Shown here: positions 19,543 to 30,571 of the stretch, piece after piece
How the letters are laid out: every line of letters begins with the position of its first letter
Position numbering within the stretch: the stretch's first letter is position 1
Origin: a virus
Direction: 5' to 3' (one strand)
Length of the DNA: 64,000 nt
Virus record (IMG/VR): IMGVR_UViG_3300013132_000040
Location: 1-64,000 of that record
The notes under the pieces: generated by a model
Database searches by the model: none
The model's input: only the letters and a program-made list of their open reading frames with translations
What the model was told of the DNA's origin: nothing
Program-made: the position numbers and the translations under genes

Positions 19543-22500
19543 TGGAAAAGTTTGAAAATGTTACATCTACTGGTAACGAAAAGGCGATCAGGAGGGGTAA
19601 CAGTGTTCCCGAAGGCGATATTAACATCGCTTGGGTAAAATCGCCAACATTTTCTCCCCAAAATAGTATGGTGGTTTTGGACACGTCTAATTTAGTCCTG
19701 GAAAATTCTGGAGATCAAAGTTCTGTATCAAAATTTGCGTATGCAAATCATTTAGGAATTTTACAAGATGAATTTGGAAATGAATTATTTTTTGACGAAT
19801 ACCCAGCAGTAACCGATGAGTTTAGTGTAGAAGAAAATTATGATATTTCAGAAGATAATGAGTTTTCTGAAGGTTACATTTTTGCCTATAAACATGTAAG
19901 TCGCTATTTCCATGTCGACCAAGAAGATTTAGTCCAAGGTTCTGAGCCATTAACTTTACAAAAAGAAAAAATTATAGTAGAAGATGAAGACGGCAATGAA
20001 TATGTAGATTTAAATAATAAAAAAAGGTATAAAGTAAAGTTACTTAAATCAGATGAATACCTCGAAACGCAAGATAGGACAATTGGCGTTTATAGGATTT
20101 GGGTTTTTATTGATACTGACATAAACGAAAGTTTATATTTAAGATACAATAAGGCTGAACTTAGTAGTGATGGTAAATACATAAAGAACCAAAAAACTGA
20201 TTATAGAGAAATTTTAAATCCACAGCCATATTTTTCATATGTCCCTGAAGAAACCGATGTAACTGATCTTGGTAGTTTAAATAAAAAAATTTATTCAACA
20301 AAGTCTACGTCTCAAAAAGAACAAATTATTGGTATTCCAAGATCTAGTTCTGAAGGATATAAGGTTTATGTACCAAGGAAAGCGATACAGGACCCAAGGC
20401 TTTTCCAAACATTCAGATGGAGAATTAAAGCTGATTTCCAGGAAAGATACACTATAGATCCAGAGAATCAGCCGAAAGTTATTAGAGCTGGAGTTTTAAT
20501 TTCTAATAATTCAATTTATCCCAGAAGATTGTCGGATCTAGAAAACCAGGGCCCTGGTATTCAATACAATTATTTGCAACCCCCAACAAATTTTCCTTAT
20601 GTTTTTTATAATCTAGAAAAATCCGATTATAATCCATCGGGCGCAAAAATTGTAAATCCCCTTTCAGAAGATAGGGGTTATACAATAGTGGAAGATATTG
20701 ACCCCGCAGTACAAAGTCCTACAGATGGCAATGCCCTGTACAATAGTCCCTCGTTTACGTGGAAAGGGAATATTACGGCACCACTTAAGAGGGTGTCTGG
20801 TGAAGGGGCAAAAGAGTATGCTAGCTATTGGATTGTTAATTTTGATACTGTTACAGATGAAGAATTAAGAAAATTTGATATATTATTTTTAGATCCTACA
20901 CAATTCCCAGCAGATTTATCAAAGTATACTGGAAAGATTTACAGGTTTACGAGAGAATTTGGTGGTTTACTTTATATTCCCCTTGGCGGTTATGGGAGGA
21001 AGGTGGGCTTAGGGCCTACGACAACTCTGCCCATTCATCCGTACACTGGCGTATTTGCTAGTTCAACCTTTGCTTCTGGGGTCTCGAACGCCGATAAATC
21101 TTTTGGGCTTGGGGATACTATTGCGCCTAGAATAACTTCGGATGAATTGTTTAATGGCTTAAACCAATATGGTGGTTGGGATTTTGATTCTGACTCGTAT
21201 GCCTCTGTTTCTCCTTTTAAATTTCATCCCAGTGTATTGTACACTAAAGAAAGAAGTTATGTTCAGTTTATAAATTCCGCAGAAGACGCAGCAACGAATG
21301 ATGGACTTGAATATTGGAAGACTCTATTTGAAGTAAACGAACGTGCCGCAAGTTCTGTTCCTGGTCAAATCACTACGCCAGTAGTAAAAAAGTATCCCGT
21401 AACGCTCATTAAAAGGTTTGCTTCTGGCGGCTCAATTATTTACGATACCCAAAACATTATTGCCGAGTGCGCAAAACTTGAGGATTCTGTAAATATAGCG
21501 CCAAGAAGACTTCAGATTCCAAGCTATTTTCAGCAAATAAATTCAGGTAGATTTGAAGGTTCATACAAATTTGCATGGAACTCAATTCTCGCCACTATTA
21601 AAAGTAGGCCACTTGATTCTTCTGATCAGAGTAGTTATGTTTCTTCCTGGAGTTTTGAAACAGAATGGAAACCATCTTGGGTTATTAATGGTGGTGTTTT
21701 AAAGACTGCAGAAAAAACAAAGTACTCTTTTAATTATGAACCAGAAGATTTAAATTCTCCAAATACTTTTGCGTGGAGAAGAAAATTAGCATACGGCTTA
21801 AATTCGGCCAGTTATCCCATTTTTAAAACAATTAAAGAAATAGTAGATGAGCAAATCGTCAAAGAAATGGGGCAACAGTTTCTCCTGAATATATCGGGGT
21901 CTTCTAGAAAGTATTCTATCGAAGTAACAAATGCCAATGTCAAGGTTCCAGTTACATTAGTTGACGATATGTATCCGTATGCCTGGACCAATGAGTATTC
22001 TCCAACATTATTGATACCAGAAGGTTTTGGTCCGCATATTGTTAGGGAAGACCCAATAATGGCGCAATATTCTTCTGGTCAATATATCGATAAAAGTTAT
22101 CCTCCCAATAAGTTTGCGGTAAAAGTTAAAGCAAGTTACCGGGAAACAGCTCAGTCTACCAAAAGAGAAACTACTACGATTTTGGCAAGGTATAGGGGTA
22201 AGGAAATACTTCCAAATGGTTTTATTTACAGTCACGTCTTTTTGCCCAGAACTTGGACAGAACATGGTTCAAATCAACTTCTTTTTAATAGGTTTAATAA
22301 AGCTTGGGGTGCACCAAGGCCAAATTCGATACTTTCTAGGAATGAATTATTTTTAAGTCAAACTACAGCTTACCCTTTTGCTGGTATAGCCGGATCGTAT
22401 TCGCAGGGAAGTAGTGGGGAAGTTGTTCGTTTTATTCAATATAGTTTGAATAAACTTCACGAAATTATAGGACTCCACTTAAATCGCGGAGTTAATGGCC

Positions 22501-25500
22501 CTATTCCCGATGGAATGATAGCGCAAGATGGTTACGCAATGGCTTCATCTTGGGCGTTGAAGTATAGATTGCCGTCTGGGCAGTTAGATCAAAGTGGGGT
22601 TTTTGACGAAAGGACTGCAGAAGCGGTAAAAAGTCTAAAAGTCTTAGCTGGATCAAGGTATGCGGACGGTATAGCTGATTCCGACTTTTTTTCTATATTG
22701 GGAAGTCAGATTCAATTCTGGGGTCTGACTACAGATATAAATGAAAATACCAGGAATCCTGGATCTTTTGATACGTCAGAATATAATTACCTAAGATATA
22801 CAGCATACGCAAATAGGTATATGGATTTAAAAAATATATCCGACTCATCTACTCTTTACAACTATGTGGAAATGTCAGATTCTAGAAGGCCTGATATTGA
22901 TCGAATTTCAGATGTGTTTTTAATCCAATACCCAAAAGTTTATAATTTTGACCATATTTCAGTAACACCATATCTCCTGGGCCAAGGTTCGAATATTAAC
23001 ATAGATTTTGTTGATGTTAGAAAAACCCGTGTAGATACCACACGTTTTACCGGCGATATGCTCAATAAGGCGTGGCAGTATTTTGAGATTGAAGAAAGAA
23101 GTGGCGGTGGGTCTGGGTGGGTGCCGGATAGTCCTAGGATTTTATGGGGACAAAATCCAGAATACTGGGGCTCCAATAATGTCAAGCAAACTACTTGGGA
23201 CTACAGATATTGGAATGGCATTACTAAAACTCCAGTTAGTTACTCTGCATTACCGTTTGTTAGTGTAGAAAATGAAAAAGCATACATACGAATGCTCCAA
23301 AGAGCTTTGCAGGTTTACCCAGATGGTATTTTTGGTCCTGCTACTGCCGCAGCTGCAAGGCGATGGAAGGTAACAAGGGCATCCCAGTGGGGTATACCGG
23401 TCGATAGTAACTGGGGTTTAATTTCTGCCGTCACCACTATACAGAAACTTCTTGGACTTCCGCAGGATGGTTTTTATGGTCCAGAAACAGAACGTGCCGT
23501 AATGAATTGGCAGGCAAACTGGAATGGCGCAATGCCCGTAGACGGTTTTTGGGGTCCTATAACTCAAAAGTTTACTGACGAACTTTTTATTTTCTTAGGC
23601 GGGACACCAACAGTTGAAAGAATCCAAAGACATCTTCCTCAACCATATTTTGTATGGCCAGAAAATCTCCTGAGATCATACGATCCCGCCCAGGCCTTAA
23701 TTCCCAGGGCTAATATAACTGCACCAGTTGGTACTAGGACTGATGTTTCTTTGCCTCAAAATACTAGAAGTATTGGAAACACCATTATTGTAGGGGTATC
23801 TTCTACTCAAAGAGCTGGTATCGAGTACGGAAATCAACTTCAGCTTGGCATATCTGATATTACTGGATATGGAAGGGATTATGTTGGTTTCAGAACCCTT
23901 TCTGGGGAAGCTGCAGTTATAGATTATGAGGGTGTTGTAACTAAGGCATTTACGTTTTATGGAGATATTGGTCCTATACAGCTAAACCATAATTACGGGG
24001 AAACCGGTGCGCCGGGTCGATTGACGGATGTGGAGTGGGGAATCGATCCTATATCTGAGGTTTCTACAACAATTTTTCCTGGATTTGATCCTTCTTCTGT
24101 TGGTTTGTTTAGGATTGAAAGTAGTAACCCAAATGTAGAAGCTTTTATAACCCGAAACGGCAAAGTGTATCTTAGGACTAGTGAAGTCATAAATAATAAT
24201 ACATCAAATTACACAGAGGGCAGATGGTTACCCGGTCCGCCAGATCAGCCGCTCAACGGTAAAGTTTTTGCTATATCCAGTAGGAATCCGGATTCTGTAT
24301 CCGAAATAGATACTCAAAAAAATCCAGTTTACGCCATGGACGAAAACGGTAGAATTTTTCCTGGGGTTGAAACAGGTTTTATTAGTAAAGCCGATGGCAT
24401 AAAGCTTCTTTGTACGTTAGATGGGAAACCGATTGGAATACCCGTCATGCCTTCGGGTATAGGGGCCGAAGAATACCAAAGACATTACGTAGATATAGAA
24501 TTAGAATCCTATGCTACTTCCCCATTCGTAAATATAGGTTTTTACGATAAAAATCAAAAAGAATTTATTATAAATAAGGATGGTTCATCTAAGTTAAGTT
24601 ATATAGAATATGTCAAAAGGGGTCCCCAAAATATATATATTGGCGTTGTTTCATCTGCTGAAGTTGTAGAAAAGAAAAACTTGCCTCAAGTTGTAGATGG
24701 ATTGAATGAGCTCCCATTTAAGTATGTAATGCCTGTTTACGGTTTGGTTTCAAAGACAAAAACCAAAATAGGTATTGAACCTATTAACTCTAACCTTGGC
24801 GCCACTGACATCTGGGGTGTGCCTATAAGGGTTGGGTCTTTTAACAGGAATATTAATTTACCGAGTTACTCTTCATCCCCGATTGTGGGTTGGCTATCCA
24901 AATACCAGGGTAGAACAGTACATGCCTTTTACTCGGTCCCTGAAGCTAATTTAAACTCATGGTCATCCATTTTTGGGCGTCCATACATTGACGTGAAGGG
25001 TGAGCATCCAAATCTCCTCCAAGAAGATGTACTTCAGGTGCGTCAGTTTCCGATTCTCTCTGTAACCGAACCAACTCAAAAGCCATCGCTATCCGATCCG
25101 GAAAGACCGGTATTAAAGGTTTGGACTCGTCAGTCAATTGACGATGAATGGACTGAACTAAAACGGTCTGATGTTATAGACTATAACCTCTCAAATGGAT
25201 TGGTCTACTTACGTACCCCTTTGCCCCAAAAGGATTCAAATCTCATTAAAGTAGATTACACGACCGTAAGTCGCGTCTACACTGCTAAGTCAGCAAATGG
25301 GCAAAAAGTTAATTTAAACCCGTATTTAAAAATACGTGAAGACATGATTGGTGTACCGGTGTATGTTTACTTGGTTCCTGAGTATGTAAAAAATGAAGAT
25401 ATGGAAATTATTGACGAATCAACAAATTCTTCTACCGTAAAGATTACAACAGATAATTCGGAAATCAACCCTTATGACCCATTTTATAACCCTCTCGCCG

Positions 25501-25829
25501 TACAGCTTGGTGTAATTTTTGTTTCCGCAACTGCGCGTGTTGACGACTTGGTTGTGCTCGACACCAGAAAAAGGGGCGGTGGTGCAGTTGATTCATTAAA
25601 AACCGCTGAGATATTTAACGAAAATACTTCAGCTTTGTCCTATTGGGATGTTGGTTTTGGTGCGGGGAATACATTCCAAACTGGAGGCTTTGTTGTAATT
25701 CGTCTCCCCAAGATGCTAAAAGTTGTTTTTCCTGATACTAAAGAGGTAGAGCAAATTATCAGGAGGAACATTTCCGCTGGTGTTGAGTTTGTTTTGGAAG
25801 ATCTAGAAGGGCGTCCGTGGGATGAATAG
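19542..25829 (+). CDS. Large baseplate-associated protein with internal peptidoglycan-binding repeats
   Basis: PG_binding_1-like GSSGEVVRFIQ..SGVFDERTAEAV, LQRALQVYPDGIFGPAT, IQKLLGLPQDGFYGPETERAVMNWQ, VDGFWGPIT; C-terminal LDTRKRGGG..YWD..VIRLP. Confidence 0.65.
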   Translation: MEKFENVTSTGNEKAIRRGNSVPEGDINIAWVKSPTFSPQNSMVVLDTSNLVLENSGDQSSVSKFAYANHLGILQDEFGNELFFDEYPAVTDEFSVEENYDISEDNEFSEGYIFAYKHVSRYFHVDQEDLVQGSEPLTLQKEKIIVEDEDGNEYVDLNNKKRYKVKLLKSDEYLETQDRTIGVYRIWVFIDTDINESLYLRYNKAELSSDGKYIKNQKTDYREILNPQPYFSYVPEETDVTDLGSLNKKIYSTKSTSQKEQIIGIPRSSSEGYKVYVPRKAIQDPRLFQTFRWRIKADFQERYTIDPENQPKVIRAGVLISNNSIYPRRLSDLENQGPGIQYNYLQPPTNFPYVFYNLEKSDYNPSGAKIVNPLSEDRGYTIVEDIDPAVQSPTDGNALYNSPSFTWKGNITAPLKRVSGEGAKEYASYWIVNFDTVTDEELRKFDILFLDPTQFPADLSKYTGKIYRFTREFGGLLYIPLGGYGRKVGLGPTTTLPIHPYTGVFASSTFASGVSNADKSFGLGDTIAPRITSDELFNGLNQYGGWDFDSDSYASVSPFKFHPSVLYTKERSYVQFINSAEDAATNDGLEYWKTLFEVNERAASSVPGQITTPVVKKYPVTLIKRFASGGSIIYDTQNIIAECAKLEDSVNIAPRRLQIPSYFQQINSGRFEGSYKFAWNSILATIKSRPLDSSDQSSYVSSWSFETEWKPSWVINGGVLKTAEKTKYSFNYEPEDLNSPNTFAWRRKLAYGLNSASYPIFKTIKEIVDEQIVKEMGQQFLLNISGSSRKYSIEVTNANVKVPVTLVDDMYPYAWTNEYSPTLLIPEGFGPHIVREDPIMAQYSSGQYIDKSYPPNKFAVKVKASYRETAQSTKRETTTILARYRGKEILPNGFIYSHVFLPRTWTEHGSNQLLFNRFNKAWGAPRPNSILSRNELFLSQTTAYPFAGIAGSYSQGSSGEVVRFIQYSLNKLHEIIGLHLNRGVNGPIPDGMIAQDGYAMASSWALKYRLPSGQLDQSGVFDERTAEAVKSLKVLAGSRYADGIADSDFFSILGSQIQFWGLTTDINENTRNPGSFDTSEYNYLRYTAYANRYMDLKNISDSSTLYNYVEMSDSRRPDIDRISDVFLIQYPKVYNFDHISVTPYLLGQGSNINIDFVDVRKTRVDTTRFTGDMLNKAWQYFEIEERSGGGSGWVPDSPRILWGQNPEYWGSNNVKQTTWDYRYWNGITKTPVSYSALPFVSVENEKAYIRMLQRALQVYPDGIFGPATAAAARRWKVTRASQWGIPVDSNWGLISAVTTIQKLLGLPQDGFYGPETERAVMNWQANWNGAMPVDGFWGPITQKFTDELFIFLGGTPTVERIQRHLPQPYFVWPENLLRSYDPAQALIPRANITAPVGTRTDVSLPQNTRSIGNTIIVGVSSTQRAGIEYGNQLQLGISDITGYGRDYVGFRTLSGEAAVIDYEGVVTKAFTFYGDIGPIQLNHNYGETGAPGRLTDVEWGIDPISEVSTTIFPGFDPSSVGLFRIESSNPNVEAFITRNGKVYLRTSEVINNNTSNYTEGRWLPGPPDQPLNGKVFAISSRNPDSVSEIDTQKNPVYAMDENGRIFPGVETGFISKADGIKLLCTLDGKPIGIPVMPSGIGAEEYQRHYVDIELESYATSPFVNIGFYDKNQKEFIINKDGSSKLSYIEYVKRGPQNIYIGVVSSAEVVEKKNLPQVVDGLNELPFKYVMPVYGLVSKTKTKIGIEPINSNLGATDIWGVPIRVGSFNRNINLPSYSSSPIVGWLSKYQGRTVHAFYSVPEANLNSWSSIFGRPYIDVKGEHPNLLQEDVLQVRQFPILSVTEPTQKPSLSDPERPVLKVWTRQSIDDEWTELKRSDVIDYNLSNGLVYLRTPLPQKDSNLIKVDYTTVSRVYTAKSANGQKVNLNPYLKIREDMIGVPVYVYLVPEYVKNEDMEIIDESTNSSTVKITTDNSEINPYDPFYNPLAVQLGVIFVSATARVDDLVVLDTRKRGGGAVDSLKTAEIFNENTSALSYWDVGFGAGNTFQTGGFVVIRLPKMLKVVFPDTKEVEQIIRRNISAGVEFVLEDLEGRPWDE

Positions 25830-28707
25830 ATTCCTTAATGATGGGATATCCATAGAGGGGGCCTCCCAGGTTGAGAAAGCGGCCTACCTGCTCAGAGGTG
25901 CAAACGTTGATAAAGCCTCTTTAAGTAATTTGGCCACAAAATTAAATAATACTTCGATGTTTACTAACGCTATTTTAGCTTCAATAAAAAAGGGATCAAT
26001 TGCTTCCGGTGTTGGTTTGGCAAACATATTTAGCGAAGTTTATTCTAGGTTAGAAAATCTTTTTGCCACGTCTAACGCCGTATCTCTTTTAATGAGTAAT
26101 ACGGCTGAGATTTTGTCGCAAGAAATCAAAAAGCTTGAAGAAGAATTATTCTCTTTAGAGAAAAACGTTAATAATTATGGATTCTTACTGGCGGATGGCA
26201 ACGCATATGATTCCGTTTTCTTTGAGTCATTTTCTGACCAATTATACCAAGATCTAATTGATCCGTCTAATATTAGATTGAGCGATAGATCTGGAGTGGA
26301 TTTTTCGGCCAATGAAATAGGTTTTATAGATAAGTCAGAAGGAATTTTAACATTACCAAAAAATTCGAATAGAGAGTATCCTCTAAAGGCTACTGTTTAC
26401 GCCAGTAATTGTGCCGCTTTTCTTTCAAACCCAATATCCACTACGTCTATAGCAAACACTGTTGACTACTTAAATAGCAATGGTTGGAGACCAGTAGTTG
26501 AGTCTCCGGTTATAATAGATAGTTCTTTGAATGCTTTCGGTAATCTTTATGGTGGTAACGCTAAGTATTCTGGTGCGCAGTTTATCTTAGAGTATTTAAT
26601 GGACGATGAGAGCCCGGCTGACACCATACTGATTGAGCCATTAAGTGATTACTCTTTTGATTTAGTTCAAGTCTTAGGGTTCTCAAGCGACACTGATCAG
26701 GTGGGGGAGCCTTTGATGGCTAAATCTGTAAAAATAGAAAAGACTTTTAATTTGTTCTTTCCAAAAAAATCTTTTAAAAAGTTTCATTTGTATATCAACC
26801 AAAAAGCATACACACGTGTTGCCAGTAATAGAAACATTGTTGAAGCAACAGCGGAACAAAGAGTAATGACTAAAGATGAATTATCAGCTAGCTTTTCGGA
26901 CACCGCCTACGAAATTGATACAAAGTATCCCGTAGTAGATTTGACCTCTTATTGGCAAAAAGTTTTACAAAACTTAGGCGGATCATTAAGTAGGGATGAT
27001 TTTGAAATCCTTAGTCAAGGTTTGCCTTCGTATTGGACTCATGAAAACGGTTTAGTGCAAAATCAAACGGGCGTTTTTGAAGATAATGATGGAGTTTTTT
27101 ATGGAAGAGATCAACAAGTTGACAAATCTGACGTTGATTATAGCTACCTTCAGGGCTTAATGGGCAGGTTTTTTGGCAATCAAGAAGGCTCTATAGGTTC
27201 ATTTTTTAAAACAATTATTTCTAATTATTATTATCAAAACTCCCCAACAACTGTAGCAGCTATTGGTTCAACAGAGCCAGAACTAAGATTTGCGCCTTAC
27301 CCTAGAATTGGTGAGAATGAAGCGGATCTGCAATCTTCAGTCATACAGGAGTCTGACGCTTACACCATCGGAGTGCCCGATGCTACAGGTTGGAATTCTC
27401 AGGTAAATTGGGATTTTTGGAACAATGGAGTTGTAAGGGACATCTTAAAGAAAGAAGACAGTCAGATTATTCCGCCTAGTTTAGTTTGGTCTGAAAAAGA
27501 CGGAAAATGGGTAACAAGGCAAAGTCTCAATATTAAAGCGGGAGACGTAGGTGAGTATAGGGGTTTGCCCCACTATGGTGACACGCAAAAGTTAGAACAA
27601 TACATGCAAGATGTTGGACAAGTACAACGTGTGGACGAACCATATGAGCCATCTGCCGGTGGTGGAACAAAATATACGGTACCTTCGGTAAGTTATAACG
27701 AAGTCCTTATGCGTAATAATAATTCTTATTCGTACAGATACACTATGGGACTAAAGTTTATCAAAGTGAAACTTTCAAACTATGCGCAGAGAGCGGTTTA
27801 CATAAGCAGCTTAATTGACACGATGGGTGACGTTTCGGAGGTAAAACTAAAATCTTCGGCTACAAATTTCATAGAAGAAAATACGTCTAATTCACTTACG
27901 TCGGTAGAATATTCTGTAACAACTAGTTTTGATTTTACAAACGAATCTTCATGGAAACCGATACTTCCAATAGAGAATTCCCTAGTTAGGGGGGAAAGGC
28001 TTTTCCCTGATTCAAGTGGCTTAGCCCAATTCCGTTTTAATGCTACTGGTGAAGGAATTTCTTTATATAAAAATGGTATTCAGTATTCTTACGCCGATGT
28101 TTCGTCTTTCTATGTAAAAAGGGATAATACTAACATTGTATATGGGTTAAAAATCCCACTTACCAAGTATACGTCAACTGATATTCTGACATGTGACTAC
28201 GTGCCAACAGAAAATAATTCTGTTATAAGTTTTGATAATTTTTCAAATCAAATAAATTCATATTTATCATATTATAACGAAGGTTTGCCAGGACAATCTT
28301 TTGAGGGATTAAATCAAACTCAGTATCAACTAGATTTTATTCCTTACATAGATTACAATCAGGTAGAAACTTCTAGCTATTCGTTATATTTTGGTTTAAG
28401 CCCTTATACTCCAATTAGTATTTTATTTGACGATGGAAGTTACGCAATAAACTTAACCAACTACAAAAACAAAGATAGGCCTATACTGGATAGTTCTGAT
28501 GAGCAATATTACTTTTTGCAATCTGGTAATGTAATTATATTCAATAAATCTGTTAATAAGAACTTTAGAGTATTTTACAATTTTTTGCCGAGCACATTTA
28601 GAGTAAGAGTAGTTTTACGTAGTAATTATTTTGAATCGGTTAGTCCAAAAGTTGACTTTTATCAGATTAAAGCCAAGACTAGAAAACCTGATTCCCAGAG
28701 GTATTAA
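25822..28707 (+). CDS. Virion structural protein (paralog family with 28709, 30571, 33037)
   Basis: N-terminal coiled coil; IDKSEGILTLP; TSVEYSV..WKPILP; C-terminal RVRVVLR..SPKVDFYQIK. Confidence 0.6.
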   Translation: MNRFLNDGISIEGASQVEKAAYLLRGANVDKASLSNLATKLNNTSMFTNAILASIKKGSIASGVGLANIFSEVYSRLENLFATSNAVSLLMSNTAEILSQEIKKLEEELFSLEKNVNNYGFLLADGNAYDSVFFESFSDQLYQDLIDPSNIRLSDRSGVDFSANEIGFIDKSEGILTLPKNSNREYPLKATVYASNCAAFLSNPISTTSIANTVDYLNSNGWRPVVESPVIIDSSLNAFGNLYGGNAKYSGAQFILEYLMDDESPADTILIEPLSDYSFDLVQVLGFSSDTDQVGEPLMAKSVKIEKTFNLFFPKKSFKKFHLYINQKAYTRVASNRNIVEATAEQRVMTKDELSASFSDTAYEIDTKYPVVDLTSYWQKVLQNLGGSLSRDDFEILSQGLPSYWTHENGLVQNQTGVFEDNDGVFYGRDQQVDKSDVDYSYLQGLMGRFFGNQEGSIGSFFKTIISNYYYQNSPTTVAAIGSTEPELRFAPYPRIGENEADLQSSVIQESDAYTIGVPDATGWNSQVNWDFWNNGVVRDILKKEDSQIIPPSLVWSEKDGKWVTRQSLNIKAGDVGEYRGLPHYGDTQKLEQYMQDVGQVQRVDEPYEPSAGGGTKYTVPSVSYNEVLMRNNNSYSYRYTMGLKFIKVKLSNYAQRAVYISSLIDTMGDVSEVKLKSSATNFIEENTSNSLTSVEYSVTTSFDFTNESSWKPILPIENSLVRGERLFPDSSGLAQFRFNATGEGISLYKNGIQYSYADVSSFYVKRDNTNIVYGLKIPLTKYTSTDILTCDYVPTENNSVISFDNFSNQINSYLSYYNEGLPGQSFEGLNQTQYQLDFIPYIDYNQVETSSYSLYFGLSPYTPISILFDDGSYAINLTNYKNKDRPILDSSDEQYYFLQSGNVIIFNKSVNKNFRVFYNFLPSTFRVRVVLRSNYFESVSPKVDFYQIKAKTRKPDSQRY

Positions 28708-28708
28708 G

Positions 28709-30571
28709 ATGACGCAGTTATATCCTTCCACAGAATATCAATCAAAAGCTGTAGCATTGATAATGGAGATGAAAAATTTAATTTTTGAATCTCAGTCTGA
28801 AGTTAATGCAGAAAAAATTAACGCTAAATTTCGAGATATTCAGACTAGATTTTCCGCTTTAATTGGGAAACCGATGACCCAATATGAACCCTTTGTGCAT
28901 GGTGAGCCAGCCAGGTCGTCGAAAGTAAATCGTTTTATTGAGAATTTACAAAAAGATTTAAATATCTTAGAAGAACAAATGACCTTGATTAAGGCAAGTG
29001 CTGTTCTGATTCATAATACAATGGTTGATCAAATTGATCAGGCAAAACACCAAAACGCCGCGGCTATTAATCAACTGAAAACATTACAACTTTACACGAG
29101 TGCACAGAACAGTGAAGTGACAATTTTTGGCGACTATTTTAAAAGTTCCAATCAAATTGATTATCAAGGCGTTGACGCAAAAAATAGAGCTTTAATTGAA
29201 GTTGAGGGTAGATTGACCCTTGCTAAGGATAATATATCTGAAAAAAATTCTTTAAGTTCTGCTTCTATGAAGATTTTGTCCACATCAAACGGTATTCCTG
29301 GTAGACTTATTGAAATTGAGGAAGTAACGCAAAGAACACCCACTAATCCGATAACACAGGAAAAACTTTATAGATTCAAGGCTCAAATAGACCCAAGGTC
29401 AAATATGCTTTTTATGGTAGATAACTCTCCTGCTACTTGGTTTGAGTACGAAAAGAATCTTGTTTCTGATGAAGATCGCCTTAAAGCAAATAATTTTAAC
29501 TTCACTTACACAAATGCCATAAACAACACCGCTAAGGGTGTGGCCGAGGTTAATTATCCTGTCGGCTTAAATGAAAGCATTGATTGGGCGGATGGTCCGG
29601 CAAATAATGTATTGAAACTTGATTTAGAATTTGACCTTAAAGCGGCAACCGCTGTTAATGAAATAACATATACACCGTTTGGCTTACTGGACAATTCAAG
29701 TCCACCGGTTTTAATTAAATTTGTTGAAACATCTTTGGATAAAAATAATTGGGAAACACTTTATCCAACTAATGTGTCTGTTGCCCAGGATTCAAATTTA
29801 TATACGGCACGTTTTGCCGAACAGATAACTTCTGGTTCCGCCAGGTGGGATGTTAGAAGCGATACAATTAGATATATTAGGTTTCACATAGAGCAGCACA
29901 ATTCATCGGACAGTAAGATTGGCCACGTCTACTACACTACGCCGAGAAGGATTGTCCGGACCGCAAAGTTGGACCAGGCTACCCCCGTAATCGAAGAGAA
30001 GGTAGTTGGCGGAGAAAGAGCTAAAGGCCCAACCCCCACAACTACTGCTCCAACTAAATTTTATGATCCATCATTTTCTATTATAGATTCACCAAATTTG
30101 AATAGTTCTTCAGGTCTTGTTAAAAGAGTAGAAATTTTTGACGGTAAGCGTTGGTCAATTGGTATACGCGATATCAGCGCCACTAAGTGCCAGTATGTTA
30201 GTACTAGCTCTATGGTCAGCAAACCATTCAAGATAGCGGGTACGATAGATAGGGTTTCTTTAGATTCGAGTCTTTATATACCGGAAAGTTTTCCTTCAAC
30301 GTCGCTTTGGGTAAGGTATTATGTAAGCGCAGATAACGGGGTAAGCTGGGTGCCTATTTCTAGAATTCAAGACGATTACCTTGGTATACCCGAAGTCTTA
30401 GCCTTCAACGATACTATACCCGTCCAGTTTCGGGAGCAAAATGTTGGTTACTATACTGTTGCAGGTAGAGTTAACTCTTTGAGGGTGAAGATTGAATTGT
30501 CTAGACCTTCGGATCAAAAAAATAAAACACCAGTAGTTTACTGGTATAAATTAAAAATTACGAGAAAATAA
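28709..30571 (+). CDS. Virion structural protein (paralog family)
   Basis: Start reassigned to the ATG at 28709, just after the upstream stop. EGRLTLA; MVSKPF..RYYVSADNGVSWVPI; LRVKIELSRP..TPVVYWYKLK. Confidence 0.6.
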   Translation: MTQLYPSTEYQSKAVALIMEMKNLIFESQSEVNAEKINAKFRDIQTRFSALIGKPMTQYEPFVHGEPARSSKVNRFIENLQKDLNILEEQMTLIKASAVLIHNTMVDQIDQAKHQNAAAINQLKTLQLYTSAQNSEVTIFGDYFKSSNQIDYQGVDAKNRALIEVEGRLTLAKDNISEKNSLSSASMKILSTSNGIPGRLIEIEEVTQRTPTNPITQEKLYRFKAQIDPRSNMLFMVDNSPATWFEYEKNLVSDEDRLKANNFNFTYTNAINNTAKGVAEVNYPVGLNESIDWADGPANNVLKLDLEFDLKAATAVNEITYTPFGLLDNSSPPVLIKFVETSLDKNNWETLYPTNVSVAQDSNLYTARFAEQITSGSARWDVRSDTIRYIRFHIEQHNSSDSKIGHVYYTTPRRIVRTAKLDQATPVIEEKVVGGERAKGPTPTTTAPTKFYDPSFSIIDSPNLNSSSGLVKRVEIFDGKRWSIGIRDISATKCQYVSTSSMVSKPFKIAGTIDRVSLDSSLYIPESFPSTSLWVRYYVSADNGVSWVPISRIQDDYLGIPEVLAFNDTIPVQFREQNVGYYTVAGRVNSLRVKIELSRPSDQKNKTPVVYWYKLKITRK

